A stretch of 32,000 bases of DNA. Source: Candidatus Babelota bacterium (GTDB lineage Bacteria; Babelota; Babeliae; Babelales; Vermiphilaceae). The position numbers were made by a program, and so were the translations under genes. The notes beneath the pieces were generated by a model. The model had not been told where the DNA came from. It saw nothing but the letters and a program-made list of their open reading frames with translations, and did not search any database. Of the stretch, positions 17,216-25,705 are shown piece after piece (the stretch's first letter is position 1; every line of letters begins with the position of its first letter). The stretch is taken from positions 720,001 through 752,000 of the forward strand of contig JBDHVY010000001.1 in NCBI GenBank assembly GCA_039809905.1. The letters run 5' to 3'.

Positions 17216-17467
17216 ACGCTTCCTACACAAGTCCATCTTTTGGTGCGCTCATCCTGAACTTGTTGAAGGATAAGCGCTCAAGTTGCTCATTCACATTGTT
17301 TAGTTTACGATGATTTTGAAAAACTGCCACCCCAAATAATGCAGTTTGCCTGCGTGCAGAAAACAAATGGTCTTATATTCTATTTCCAATTATCAAGATT
17401 TGTGCTATATATTTTAATTATTAAGTTTGTTTTATTTTATAAATTGTTACATATAAGAAATTACATA

Positions 17468-19009
17468 ATGCATGCAAAAATATTTTCTGCAACAACAATT
17501 GGTGTTGATGCACATTTAGTGGAAGTAGAAGCAGATATATCATTTGGATTGGTTAATTTTTATATTGTTGGATTGCCTGATACTGCAATTAAAGAAAGTA
17601 GTAAGCGCATTTTAACCTCTCTTAAAAATGCAGGTTTTCGTCTTCCTGCCAAAAAAATTACGATAAATTTAGCTCCTGCTGATTTAAAAAAAGAAGGAAC
17701 GTTGTTTGATTTGCCTATTGCGATTGGGATTCTTCTTGCAAATCAATCGTTAGAAATTCCTAAAGATTTTTTAGAAGAAACATTGTTTTTGGGAGAATTA
17801 TCGCTTGATGGTAGTATCCGATTTATCAAAGGTGCTCTTGCAATTGCTTTTGACGCTAAAAAATTAGGCAAACGCCGTATTATTATTCCCAAAGATAATA
17901 TGCAAGAAGCAGCTTTAATTAAAGATTTAGAAGTTATAGGCGTTGATCATCTTGTTGAATTAATAGCTTATTTGCGCGGTGAACAATCTATTCAACCTGC
18001 GCAGTGCATGTTTGATGAGCATTGTGCACAACAAGCTGAAAATATAGTTGATTTTGCTCAAGTAAAAGGGCAAATCGCTGCAAAGCGAGCATTACAGATT
18101 TCAGCAGCAGGTAGACATAATATTTTGTTCATAGGTTCTCCTGGTTCAGGTAAAACAATGCTTGCAAAGCGTCTTGAATCTATAATGCCTCCGATGACAT
18201 TTGGACAAATAGTAGAAACAAGTAAGATTTATTCTATTACGGGTAAACTTTCGAATAAATCATTATTAACCAAGCGTGCTTTTCGTAGTCCTCATCATAC
18301 TATTTCCCAGGCAGGGCTTGTTGGTGGAGGAACATATCCTCAGCCAGGAGAAATTAGTTTAGCGCATCATGGTATTTTATTTTTAGATGAGCTGACCGAG
18401 TTTAGACGCGATACTTTAGAAGCATTGCGGCAACCACTTGAAAGTAAAACAGTTTCAATCTCTCGCGTTGCACAAAGCGTTTCATTTCCAGCATCATTTT
18501 TGCTTGTTGCTGCATTGAATCCGTGTCCATGTGGTTTTTTTGGTGACAAAAAGCGTCAATGTACCTGTTCGCGACAACAGATTGTTAAATATATTAGTAA
18601 ATTATCAGGGCCGTTGCTCGATCGTATTGATTTACAAGTCCAGGTACAATCAATTGAATATGATTCAATAAAAACAACGGTAGAAACGCAAAGCAGTGCT
18701 CAGTTATATGAAAAAGTATTAATAGCACAACATATGCAAGAAAAAAGATTTGGATCAGCTGAGGTATATAATAATTTTATGACATCAGATCAGGTTGAAA
18801 AACATTGCACTTTAACTCCTGCTGCAGAAACTATTATCAGAAAAGCTTTTGATAAATTAAATTTGAGCATGCGTGGATATCACAAAGTTTTAAAAGTTGC
18901 TCGTACTATTGCTGATTTGGCTGCAAGTAATGAAATAGATGTTGCGCATATTCAAGAAGCAATCATGTATCGTTCACTTGATCAATATTTGGAAAAAGAG
19001 ACAGGATAA
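17468..19009 (+). CDS. comM: YifB/ComM-family Mg-chelatase-like AAA+ ATPase
   Basis: The track ORF starts at 17339. The conserved N-terminus MHAKIFSATTIGVDAHLVEVEADIS begins at ATG 17468. Walker A GSPGSGKT and Walker B ILFLDE. Confidence 0.9.
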   Translation: MHAKIFSATTIGVDAHLVEVEADISFGLVNFYIVGLPDTAIKESSKRILTSLKNAGFRLPAKKITINLAPADLKKEGTLFDLPIAIGILLANQSLEIPKDFLEETLFLGELSLDGSIRFIKGALAIAFDAKKLGKRRIIIPKDNMQEAALIKDLEVIGVDHLVELIAYLRGEQSIQPAQCMFDEHCAQQAENIVDFAQVKGQIAAKRALQISAAGRHNILFIGSPGSGKTMLAKRLESIMPPMTFGQIVETSKIYSITGKLSNKSLLTKRAFRSPHHTISQAGLVGGGTYPQPGEISLAHHGILFLDELTEFRRDTLEALRQPLESKTVSISRVAQSVSFPASFLLVAALNPCPCGFFGDKKRQCTCSRQQIVKYISKLSGPLLDRIDLQVQVQSIEYDSIKTTVETQSSAQLYEKVLIAQHMQEKRFGSAEVYNNFMTSDQVEKHCTLTPAAETIIRKAFDKLNLSMRGYHKVLKVARTIADLAASNEIDVAHIQEAIMYRSLDQYLEKETG

Positions 19010-19019
19010 AAACAATCAT

Positions 19020-19403
19020 ATGATTCTCGGAATTGGCATCGATACAGTCGACATACAACGTTTTGCATTATGGCATACATATTCACCAAAAAAATTAGCA
19101 CGAATTTTTTCACCCGAAGAAATAGAATATTGTCTTTCACAACCTCATAAAAGTGCAGAACGCTTTGCGGTACGTTTTGCAGCTCGTGAGGCATTGTATA
19201 AAGCGCTTTGCTATGCATATCCAAATAATACATTTCCTTTTTTAACAGTATGTGCTCATACTACAATAGAAAAAAGAGATCAGCGGCCGTATTGTATTGT
19301 GCGTAATCTTAGGGATATTGATACAGATTCTATCACGATTCACCTTTCATTGTCTCATTGCCCAACATATGCAACGGCATTTGTTATTATTGAACAGAGA
19401 TGA
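19020..19403 (+). CDS. acpS: holo-[acyl-carrier-protein] synthase
   Basis: The track ORF starts at 18939. The conserved start MILGIGIDTVDIQRF is at ATG 19020. FAAREALYKAL motif. 127 aa. Confidence 0.88.
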   Translation: MILGIGIDTVDIQRFALWHTYSPKKLARIFSPEEIEYCLSQPHKSAERFAVRFAAREALYKALCYAYPNNTFPFLTVCAHTTIEKRDQRPYCIVRNLRDIDTDSITIHLSLSHCPTYATAFVIIEQR

Positions 19404-20761
19404 AAAAATTAGATGTATTGTGTATTATTTCTTCTGCTTTTCTATATACACTTCCTTTTTTATTGAGTGATATTTTTTGGTGGTCTATTTTTATATCTCC
19501 TGTCCCATTGCTTTACTTGGCATGTTTACAGGATCTTTCATTTGCGCAAGGGTATGCATGGGCGGTAATTGTTTTTTTATTACATTTGAGTAAAGGAATA
19601 ACTGTTATTGTACAATTAGCAGGAGATTCATGGTGGATTGGTATTATGCTTGCAATGAGCATGGTATTGTATCAAGCATTAGTTCCTGCATTATTATTTT
19701 GGTGTATTACGCGGATTATATCTTTTTTTTCAGTTCGATTATTACTGCTCCGTTTAACTTTATGGACTATAGCACTATTTCTTTTTATTGTATGGGTTGA
19801 TTGGTATTGCATCTGGATTTTTGGTATTCAAGAAGGATATCCATTAATGCATCCACTTATATTGTTAGCAGAAAAACCATCATTGTTATTATTGTTACCT
19901 ATAATTGGTAAAACATTTTTGACGATTTTATATATATTGGTTCCAGCAAGTTTTACTTTATTTTTATGGTATAAAAGTAAGAGGATATTCTTGTTTTTTA
20001 CGAGCACACTAATTCCGTGGATGGTGTGTTTTATTATAGGGTTTACAGAAAAACAAGAATCTTTGTGGCGTTGCCACATCAAAAGCTTACCTTGTATGAT
20101 TCATTCTACAACTGATAATCCAATAATAGCTATGAAAATTGTTGCTCATCATATAAAAAAAATTATTACACAATATCCAGATACTACCATTGTTATTATG
20201 CCTGAATCGGCTTTAAATATCTTTGATTTTGAAAAAAGAACAGGGCTATTTGAGTTATGGAACGAGCAAGCAATAGGAAAACCAATAGATCTTATTTTTG
20301 GTTCTTGTCGAAAAGAAGATAATAATTATTATAATTCACTATATTGGATAAAAAATGGAGTGCTACAGACGTTTTTCGATAAAAAACATGCGGTGCTGAT
20401 AACAGAAAGACTAGCTGACTGGATGGATTGTGAACTGATAAAAAAAATTTATGTTAAGGATGGTGTTTCAATTACGCGATCGGGTAATAATAGGATGCCG
20501 TTACACATATCAAATAATAATGTATTTATTCCATACATTTGTTCCGAATTATTTTTTAATGAATTTCCTGATGATTGCTATGGTTATATGCCAATTATTG
20601 CCATTGTTAATGATACATTGCTATCTGATAGCTATATGCAAAAACTTTTATTATTGCTTGCTCGATTTAAAGCAATTCAATGGCAACGAGAAATAGTATA
20701 CGTTTCATATGGGCAATCATTGTTTATCGATGCTCAAGGATTGGTAAAAAATATAGATTAG
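19400..20761 (+). CDS. lnt: apolipoprotein N-acyltransferase
   Basis: 453 aa. Polytopic N-terminal half plus a CN-hydrolase half with candidate triad residues in VIMPESAL (E), FDKKHAVLITE (K) and IPYICSELFF (C). ATGA overlap with acpS. Confidence 0.8.
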   Translation: MKKLDVLCIISSAFLYTLPFLLSDIFWWSIFISPVPLLYLACLQDLSFAQGYAWAVIVFLLHLSKGITVIVQLAGDSWWIGIMLAMSMVLYQALVPALLFWCITRIISFFSVRLLLLRLTLWTIALFLFIVWVDWYCIWIFGIQEGYPLMHPLILLAEKPSLLLLLPIIGKTFLTILYILVPASFTLFLWYKSKRIFLFFTSTLIPWMVCFIIGFTEKQESLWRCHIKSLPCMIHSTTDNPIIAMKIVAHHIKKIITQYPDTTIVIMPESALNIFDFEKRTGLFELWNEQAIGKPIDLIFGSCRKEDNNYYNSLYWIKNGVLQTFFDKKHAVLITERLADWMDCELIKKIYVKDGVSITRSGNNRMPLHISNNNVFIPYICSELFFNEFPDDCYGYMPIIAIVNDTLLSDSYMQKLLLLLARFKAIQWQREIVYVSYGQSLFIDAQGLVKNID

Positions 20762-21309
20762 ATTGGTTCTCGTAATGAGCCTGTAACAATAATAGCTCCA
20801 TATTCATTTTCTGTAATTTCAAAATGACGATCTCTGCATAATGATTTATCATCAATTTTTATTTTTGGTTTTTGAGTAATAATAATGTATTTATCTCCGA
20901 TTGTTTGTTTTTTAGATTGGGGTTGGAGTTTGCGTTTTGGTTTTGGTGCAGTTGCTAATAGTTCATTAGTCCAGGTAATGGGTACTTTTTTCCAAATTGT
21001 TTTTGCAAAATGATGTGCGCGCTCTTGCATGGTTGGATTTTTTGCATAATAAATCTGTTTCAAACAAAAGCTCCATTTTATATCAGGAATATCTATGGTT
21101 CCCGGAACAAAACTTTTCATAGTGTTGGGTTTTATAAGAAGTTTATAAAGGGGTTCTTGTTCGCTGTTTGCAAATTGAATGGCAATTGCGATAGGAAGGG
21201 ATGTTTTATTAAAAAAGCTAAATTCATAAGCATTGAGCTGGTAGCTGAGCAAGGTGATTATAACAATCGAACTAACTTTACTTATTTTAATCATAATGTG
21301 TTTTCTCAT
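20758..21309 (-). CDS. hypothetical secreted protein, tandem paralog A
   Basis: Start uncertain: TTG 21327, ATG 21309 or ATG 21294. Signal peptide ends at ...LLSYQLNA. N-terminal YEFSFFNKTSLPIAIAIQF, WKKVPITW and the C-terminal strand match paralog B. Confidence 0.6.
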   Translation of the reverse strand: MRKHIMIKISKVSSIVIITLLSYQLNAYEFSFFNKTSLPIAIAIQFANSEQEPLYKLLIKPNTMKSFVPGTIDIPDIKWSFCLKQIYYAKNPTMQERAHHFAKTIWKKVPITWTNELLATAPKPKRKLQPQSKKQTIGDKYIIITQKPKIKIDDKSLCRDRHFEITENEYGAIIVTGSLREPI

Positions 21310-21353
21310 AAAGAAGAGCTTGAACAAGCAAGCTCTTCTTTATTTTTAAGTTT

Positions 21354-22025
21354 TTACTTCAATCGTACTAAGAATTTAATGTTACCTTTTTTATCTTCAA
21401 CAATATCAATGTGATAGTTTCCTATCATTTCACGAGCTGCAGATTTACCGATTTTGCTGAATAATGAACCAAGGTCATAATTTCCTTCGGCAAAAGTTTT
21501 AGCAACTTCTGCTCCTTGTGTACCTTGTTTAGCGATTTCCGCAGCAGCTTCAGCTCCTGCAGATGCGCCAGCTGTCATGTAAGCAGCTGCAGCTGATGCA
21601 GCAGTTTTTCCAACTTTTTCTGTAGCTTCGCCTAAAGCTTCAACCAATTCTAAAGTAACGTCATATTTTTCTGTAGGAATCCATGTTATAGAAATACCTT
21701 TCCATGCAACAGTTTCTTGGTTTGCTGTTGTCATTTTTTCGCCTGGTTTAGGTATATAGTAGAAGAATTCGCTAGGAATAAAACCACTTTGGCTTGATGG
21801 AATTTCTGTTTGTACATCAGGAATATAGTTGTTTCCGTGTCCAAGTGTTCTTCCTGTATTAGGTGGCATTACAACAAACTCTCTCCATCGAGATGTTTTA
21901 AATCTAATAGCGGCAGCTATTTTTTTAGATGTGTGATTAGAAAAAGTGTATCTGTATGCGTGAACTTCAGATACAGTGACAAATGTTACCAGTGCAACAA
22001 TAGCTTTCATCAAGTTGTTCTTCAT
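21354..22025 (-). CDS. hypothetical secreted protein, tandem paralog B, with Ala-rich insert
   Basis: ATG 22025 has GGGAG 5 nt upstream and gives MKNNLMKAIVALVTFVTVSEVHA. YRYTFSNHTSKKIAAAIRF and WKGISITW match paralog A. Middle region is Ala/Gly-rich (TAASAAAAYMTAGASAGAEAAAEIA). Confidence 0.65.
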   Translation of the reverse strand: MKNNLMKAIVALVTFVTVSEVHAYRYTFSNHTSKKIAAAIRFKTSRWREFVVMPPNTGRTLGHGNNYIPDVQTEIPSSQSGFIPSEFFYYIPKPGEKMTTANQETVAWKGISITWIPTEKYDVTLELVEALGEATEKVGKTAASAAAAYMTAGASAGAEAAAEIAKQGTQGAEVAKTFAEGNYDLGSLFSKIGKSAAREMIGNYHIDIVEDKKGNIKFLVRLK

Positions 22026-22303
22026 AACGACTCCCATAAAAATGATATTTAAATAGATTTACTTCTTTCCCACATATATATCATAAGAAATATTTGTATT
22101 TAAACTCAATGGTTTTTGATGTAAAAATTTCACAACTGAAACTATTTATGGGCGACTCTTTACCGAAAATGCTTTTGGATCGCTATTTGTCTGTATAAGG
22201 GGATGCACAAAAAAGAATGGTGATTTTTGTTATGAGAAAGCCATTTTTTTATAAAAAAGGCTTAAGATTAATGGAAAAATGTCAAAAAGGGTAAAGGTTT
22301 TAT

Positions 22304-22332
22304 TTGACAAATATCAAAACGGGCCGTATTCT
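22304..22332 (+). promoter_or_regulatory. candidate sigma70-type promoter for tRNA-fMet
   Basis: TTGACA (22304-22309), 17 nt spacer, TATTCT (22327-22332). This would give a roughly 30-nt leader before the tRNA. The -10 box is weak. Confidence 0.3.
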
Positions 22333-22370
22333 AATAAAGATCTTTCAGATCGATCTAATCTATAAAATTC

Positions 22371-22447
<77 letters not shown>

Positions 22448-22453
22448 AAATTA

Positions 22454-22482
22454 AACCCACTTTTTTCAAGGTGGGTTTTTTC
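22454..22482. terminator. rho-independent terminator after tRNA-fMet
   Basis: AACCCAC (22454-22460) / GTGGGTT (22471-22477) followed by a T-run. An A-rich 5' flank would allow some minus-strand function. Confidence 0.7.
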
Positions 22483-22508
22483 ATGCAATAAACGGCGGGC
22501 TGTTCTCT

Positions 22509-22546
22509 AAGGGGTCCCCGGTTTGGAGCGAAGCGGAAGTTGGGGT
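22509..22546 (+). repeat. variant copy of the GGGGTCCCC element
   Basis: aaGGGGTCCCCggtttggagcgaagcggaagtTGGGGt. Same palindrome and 3' TGGGGT with a 21-nt spacer containing GCGAAGC. Ends 11 nt before the stop (22558) of the minus-strand HAD-like gene. Confidence 0.4.
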
Positions 22547-22557
22547 TAGAGGGTTCT

Positions 22558-23574
22558 TTATGTTTGTTTTTCGATGTTTTTAAATAATTTAGAAGTTATA
22601 AAAGTAATCATGTTTCGAGCGTTTATTAGTATTTGATCCATAATGCTTGGCTGATAAATTTCTTTAATTAATTCCTGATCATGTATCTCTGATAAAACAC
22701 CGATTTTAATGAATTCTTCAACTAATTGTTGGGGGTTTTTGAATCGAATACCATGGCGTATTGCAGTGTTGTTTTTTTGTAATATATTAAAGCCATCAAC
22801 ATTTTCCTGTTGATCGTCAATAAAAATAATATTCTTATCGGGGGCGAACTGTTGTTCTATAGCATGGTAATATTCATACTCTGGTTTTTTGCCTGGCATA
22901 TGAATGACTTTTTGAGTTGGTTGTATGGTAAGTGCTTTATGTAATAGTTTTGTATAGATCTCCGGAGTTGTTGGTCGATTTCCAAAATCCTGTAGTTGAG
23001 CTAAGAATGTGTTGCTGTTTCCTGGTTGAGCGACAAAGACATAGGTGGCAAGGCTATTGAATTCATCCCCTAATGTATCTGAGTTGATTTGATATGCAAC
23101 ATGATCATTATTTGTTGCAAATACAATAGTATATCCTTTTTTATTTTTAAGATATTCATAGATTTTTTTTGTTCCCATAATAAAATGGCGAGAATTTTCT
23201 ATAGATTCAAGGACCAATTGTACATAAGATGTTAAATTTTCATCATTCATTCCATGAAATAATAGATGAAAAGTAAATCCATTAATTACATTTCCATATT
23301 GATCATAAAGAGGATTTCTTTGGCCCTCAGCATTTTTGGTGTATTTTTTTTCGGCATGATAAATGGCTTTAATATATGTTCCGATGTTGAAAGGATCGTA
23401 CATTAAACCCCTATACAAAAGATTTAAAATTGTCCATGGAGATTTTTCGATTAAAACCTCATCTATATCCGAACAGATAATAGTATTTTCGGGCGTTATT
23501 GCAGTATCTATCGTAAAGATTATCGGATTAAAAAATATGCAGATAAAAAGAATAATATTTTTGGTATTTTTCAT
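22558..23574 (-). CDS. HAD-superfamily hydrolase-like protein with N-terminal signal or anchor
   Basis: 338 aa. N-terminal IILFICIFFNPIIF. HAD motif I CSDIDEVL (DxDxV), motif II VFATNND and motif IV IIFIDDQQENV. Confidence 0.6.
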   Translation of the reverse strand: MKNTKNIILFICIFFNPIIFTIDTAITPENTIICSDIDEVLIEKSPWTILNLLYRGLMYDPFNIGTYIKAIYHAEKKYTKNAEGQRNPLYDQYGNVINGFTFHLLFHGMNDENLTSYVQLVLESIENSRHFIMGTKKIYEYLKNKKGYTIVFATNNDHVAYQINSDTLGDEFNSLATYVFVAQPGNSNTFLAQLQDFGNRPTTPEIYTKLLHKALTIQPTQKVIHMPGKKPEYEYYHAIEQQFAPDKNIIFIDDQQENVDGFNILQKNNTAIRHGIRFKNPQQLVEEFIKIGVLSEIHDQELIKEIYQPSIMDQILINARNMITFITSKLFKNIEKQT

Positions 23575-23588
23575 AAAAAAGAACCTGT

Positions 23589-24014
23589 TTATAATTTTAA
23601 TTGAGCTCCAATATATGCATTAGCCTCTTCTAAAATCTTTTTAGATCTATCATGAGTTATTTTTTCAAGTGCCTGATCATAAGGCAACCATTCATAATCA
23701 GTATGTTCATGAGAAAGAATAACATCTTGATTGGGTGTTTGTCCCACAAAATAATCCACTGTTTTAGGTACAACACCATGCTGATAATGAGTATAAAAAT
23801 AATTGGATGTTGCCATAAAATCTGGATCAATATCTGCTGTTAATCCTGTTTCTTCATGTAATTCTCTGATTGCTGTTTGTTGCCTGGTTTCTCCAGGCTC
23901 CATGGTACCTTTGGGAAAATCCCAATGCCCAGCGGTGTGGTGTAATAAAAGATAGAGAGGTTTATTATTTTTAATGAAATAGGTAATAATACCTGCTGAA
24001 TATACATGTTTCAT
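23589..24014 (-). CDS. Nudix hydrolase, Ap4A-hydrolase-like
   Basis: 141 aa. GHWDFPKGTMEPGETRQQTAIRELHEETGL is a Nudix box preceded by the W-x-FPKG context that I recall from asymmetric Ap4A hydrolases. Confidence 0.82.
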   Translation of the reverse strand: MKHVYSAGIITYFIKNNKPLYLLLHHTAGHWDFPKGTMEPGETRQQTAIRELHEETGLTADIDPDFMATSNYFYTHYQHGVVPKTVDYFVGQTPNQDVILSHEHTDYEWLPYDQALEKITHDRSKKILEEANAYIGAQLKL

Positions 24015-24055
24015 AAGGATTCTTTCTTTAAAAGAGGGTTCCGCACGTAAAAATG

Positions 24056-25705
24056 TTAACGTGAGGTTGAAAAAAAATGTAACTGTATTCTGAAAAAATT
24101 ACGCGTGTAATAAAGCAAGCCAAGCAATGCAATAGAAAGTGGCCCCACCCATAACCAAAGTCCAATTTTAGCGGTGAAAAATAATGCAATTGTTGTGGGC
24201 ATATATGTAGTAATCATATAATTACAGAAACGATACAAGGTTAAAAATAAACATCCGCATAGGCTGAGCTGTATTAAATACGCTATAACAAATGATATAA
24301 ATCGTCCTATATACATGCGAAAATGATATTTGTTTTTTAAAATTAGTAAGAAAAACATGGTTTGTATCATTGAAGATACGGCTGTTGCAAAAACAAGGCC
24401 GGCTGCTTGAAAATGATTTATTAAAAGCATGTTGAGCATCACATTAATGGTAGTTGTTGCTAAAGCAACAACAGCAGTAATCCATGCAGCATGCATAGAA
24501 TAAAAAATACTCAATAATATTTTGTTGAGCGATAAAAAAAATAAACCGGGAAGCAATGCGAGCAATATTGTGCTTGCTTGTTGAACATGTACCATAGTAA
24601 ATTTTTCCGAAAGGAAAATAGTTGAGAAAATTTCCTGAGAAAAAAATGCCATAAGAGCTGTGATGGGAACAGTAACCCAAAACACAAATTTTGTAGCTTC
24701 AAGTAAATAAAAATGAAGGCGTTTTGGAGAGTATGTATTGATACGAGAAAAATGTGGCAATAAAATTGTAGAAAAAGCGACTGCAAAAGCACCCAGTGGT
24801 ATTCCAACAAATCGATTTGCATATGAAATAAGAGATATAGATCCTGCAGGCAAAAGTGATGCAAAGCTTGTATCAATAAAAAGAGCAACTTCCATTAAAC
24901 TGATACCAGGAAGACATAATAAAAATTTACCCATAATGCCCATTACTAGATGCAAGTCCTGACGGTTTATTTTTCCAAATGAAAAACCAGCTTTTAAGTA
25001 AGCAATGACGTGTAATGCAAAGTGTGCACATCCAGATAATATAATAAACCAACATAGCGCAGTAATTGGTAAATGAAACCACAGAGCACAAGCTATACCG
25101 CTGATAACAATGATATTTGTTAATACTTGAGCAATTGCAGGAATAAAAAATTTACCAACTGATTGCAATGCACCTCCAAGCAAAGAACTGCTTGAGATAA
25201 ATAAAATAAATGGCATAAGAATATGCAGCATTGTGGTTGCTGCATATATTTGCTCAGGAGTAAACCCAGGAGCAATAAATGCTATTATTGGCTGTGCATA
25301 GAACATAATTAAAAGGCATAGGGCAAGAACCATTCCTTCAAAAAGGAGGAACGTGAGAGACATAAGACCTGCAATAGCTTGTGTATTGTTGTTGCGTGTT
25401 ATTACTGTTGCAGTGGGAATGAATGCTGCAGAAAGAGCTCCTTCTGCAAATGCTTTACGCAAAGAATTTGGTATTTTGTACGCCGTTACAAAAGCATCAG
25501 ATAAACTACTTGCTCCCAAATAACGAACAAGAAGTGCATCGCGTATCAGGCCAAACAATCTACTTGCAAGGGTTGATCCACCGACTTCAATTATTTTTTT
25601 AATAATTTTTGTTGAAGATGAAGTTTTCTGACGCTGAGAACTTTGAGGCTCTGGAGACGATGTTATGGTTGATGATAATTTTTCATGTTTATCGTGGTTG
25701 ATCAT
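24056..25705 (-). CDS. murJ: lipid II flippase MurJ (MviN)
   Basis: 549 aa, polytopic. Conserved SRLFGLIRDALLVRYLGASSLSDAFVTAYKIPNSLRKAFAEGALSAAFIP. A roughly 40-aa Ser/Thr/Gln-rich N-terminal extension precedes the core. Confidence 0.9.
   Translation of the reverse strand: MINHDKHEKLSSTITSSPEPQSSQRQKTSSSTKIIKKIIEVGGSTLASRLFGLIRDALLVRYLGASSLSDAFVTAYKIPNSLRKAFAEGALSAAFIPTATVITRNNNTQAIAGLMSLTFLLFEGMVLALCLLIMFYAQPIIAFIAPGFTPEQIYAATTMLHILMPFILFISSSSLLGGALQSVGKFFIPAIAQVLTNIIVISGIACALWFHLPITALCWFIILSGCAHFALHVIAYLKAGFSFGKINRQDLHLVMGIMGKFLLCLPGISLMEVALFIDTSFASLLPAGSISLISYANRFVGIPLGAFAVAFSTILLPHFSRINTYSPKRLHFYLLEATKFVFWVTVPITALMAFFSQEIFSTIFLSEKFTMVHVQQASTILLALLPGLFFLSLNKILLSIFYSMHAAWITAVVALATTTINVMLNMLLINHFQAAGLVFATAVSSMIQTMFFLLILKNKYHFRMYIGRFISFVIAYLIQLSLCGCLFLTLYRFCNYMITTYMPTTIALFFTAKIGLWLWVGPLSIALLGLLYYTRNFFRIQLHFFSTSR

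Noticed and set aside
17339-17467. N-terminal extensions of the track ORFs for comM (17339), acpS (18939), smpB (3549), the 2235 gene (2930) and paralog B (22037)
   Set aside because: The conserved family N-termini and/or Shine-Dalgarno sequences sit at internal start codons (17468, 19020, 3636, 2921, 22025). The upstream extensions are AT-rich spacer read-through.
22232-22294. 20-codon basic ORF (MRKPFFYKKGLRLMEKCQKG) in the 330-bp spacer upstream of tRNA-fMet
   Set aside because: It is too short, has no clear RBS and is AT-rich, so it is chance-compatible. The spacer is more simply a promoter/leader region for the tRNA and the divergent paralog gene.
22361-22368. TATAAAAT box immediately upstream of tRNA-fMet as its -10 element
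   Set aside because: It ends only 3-5 nt before the mature 5' end, so the predicted start would fall inside the tRNA. The TTGACA-17-TATTCT pair further upstream is geometrically more plausible, though weak.
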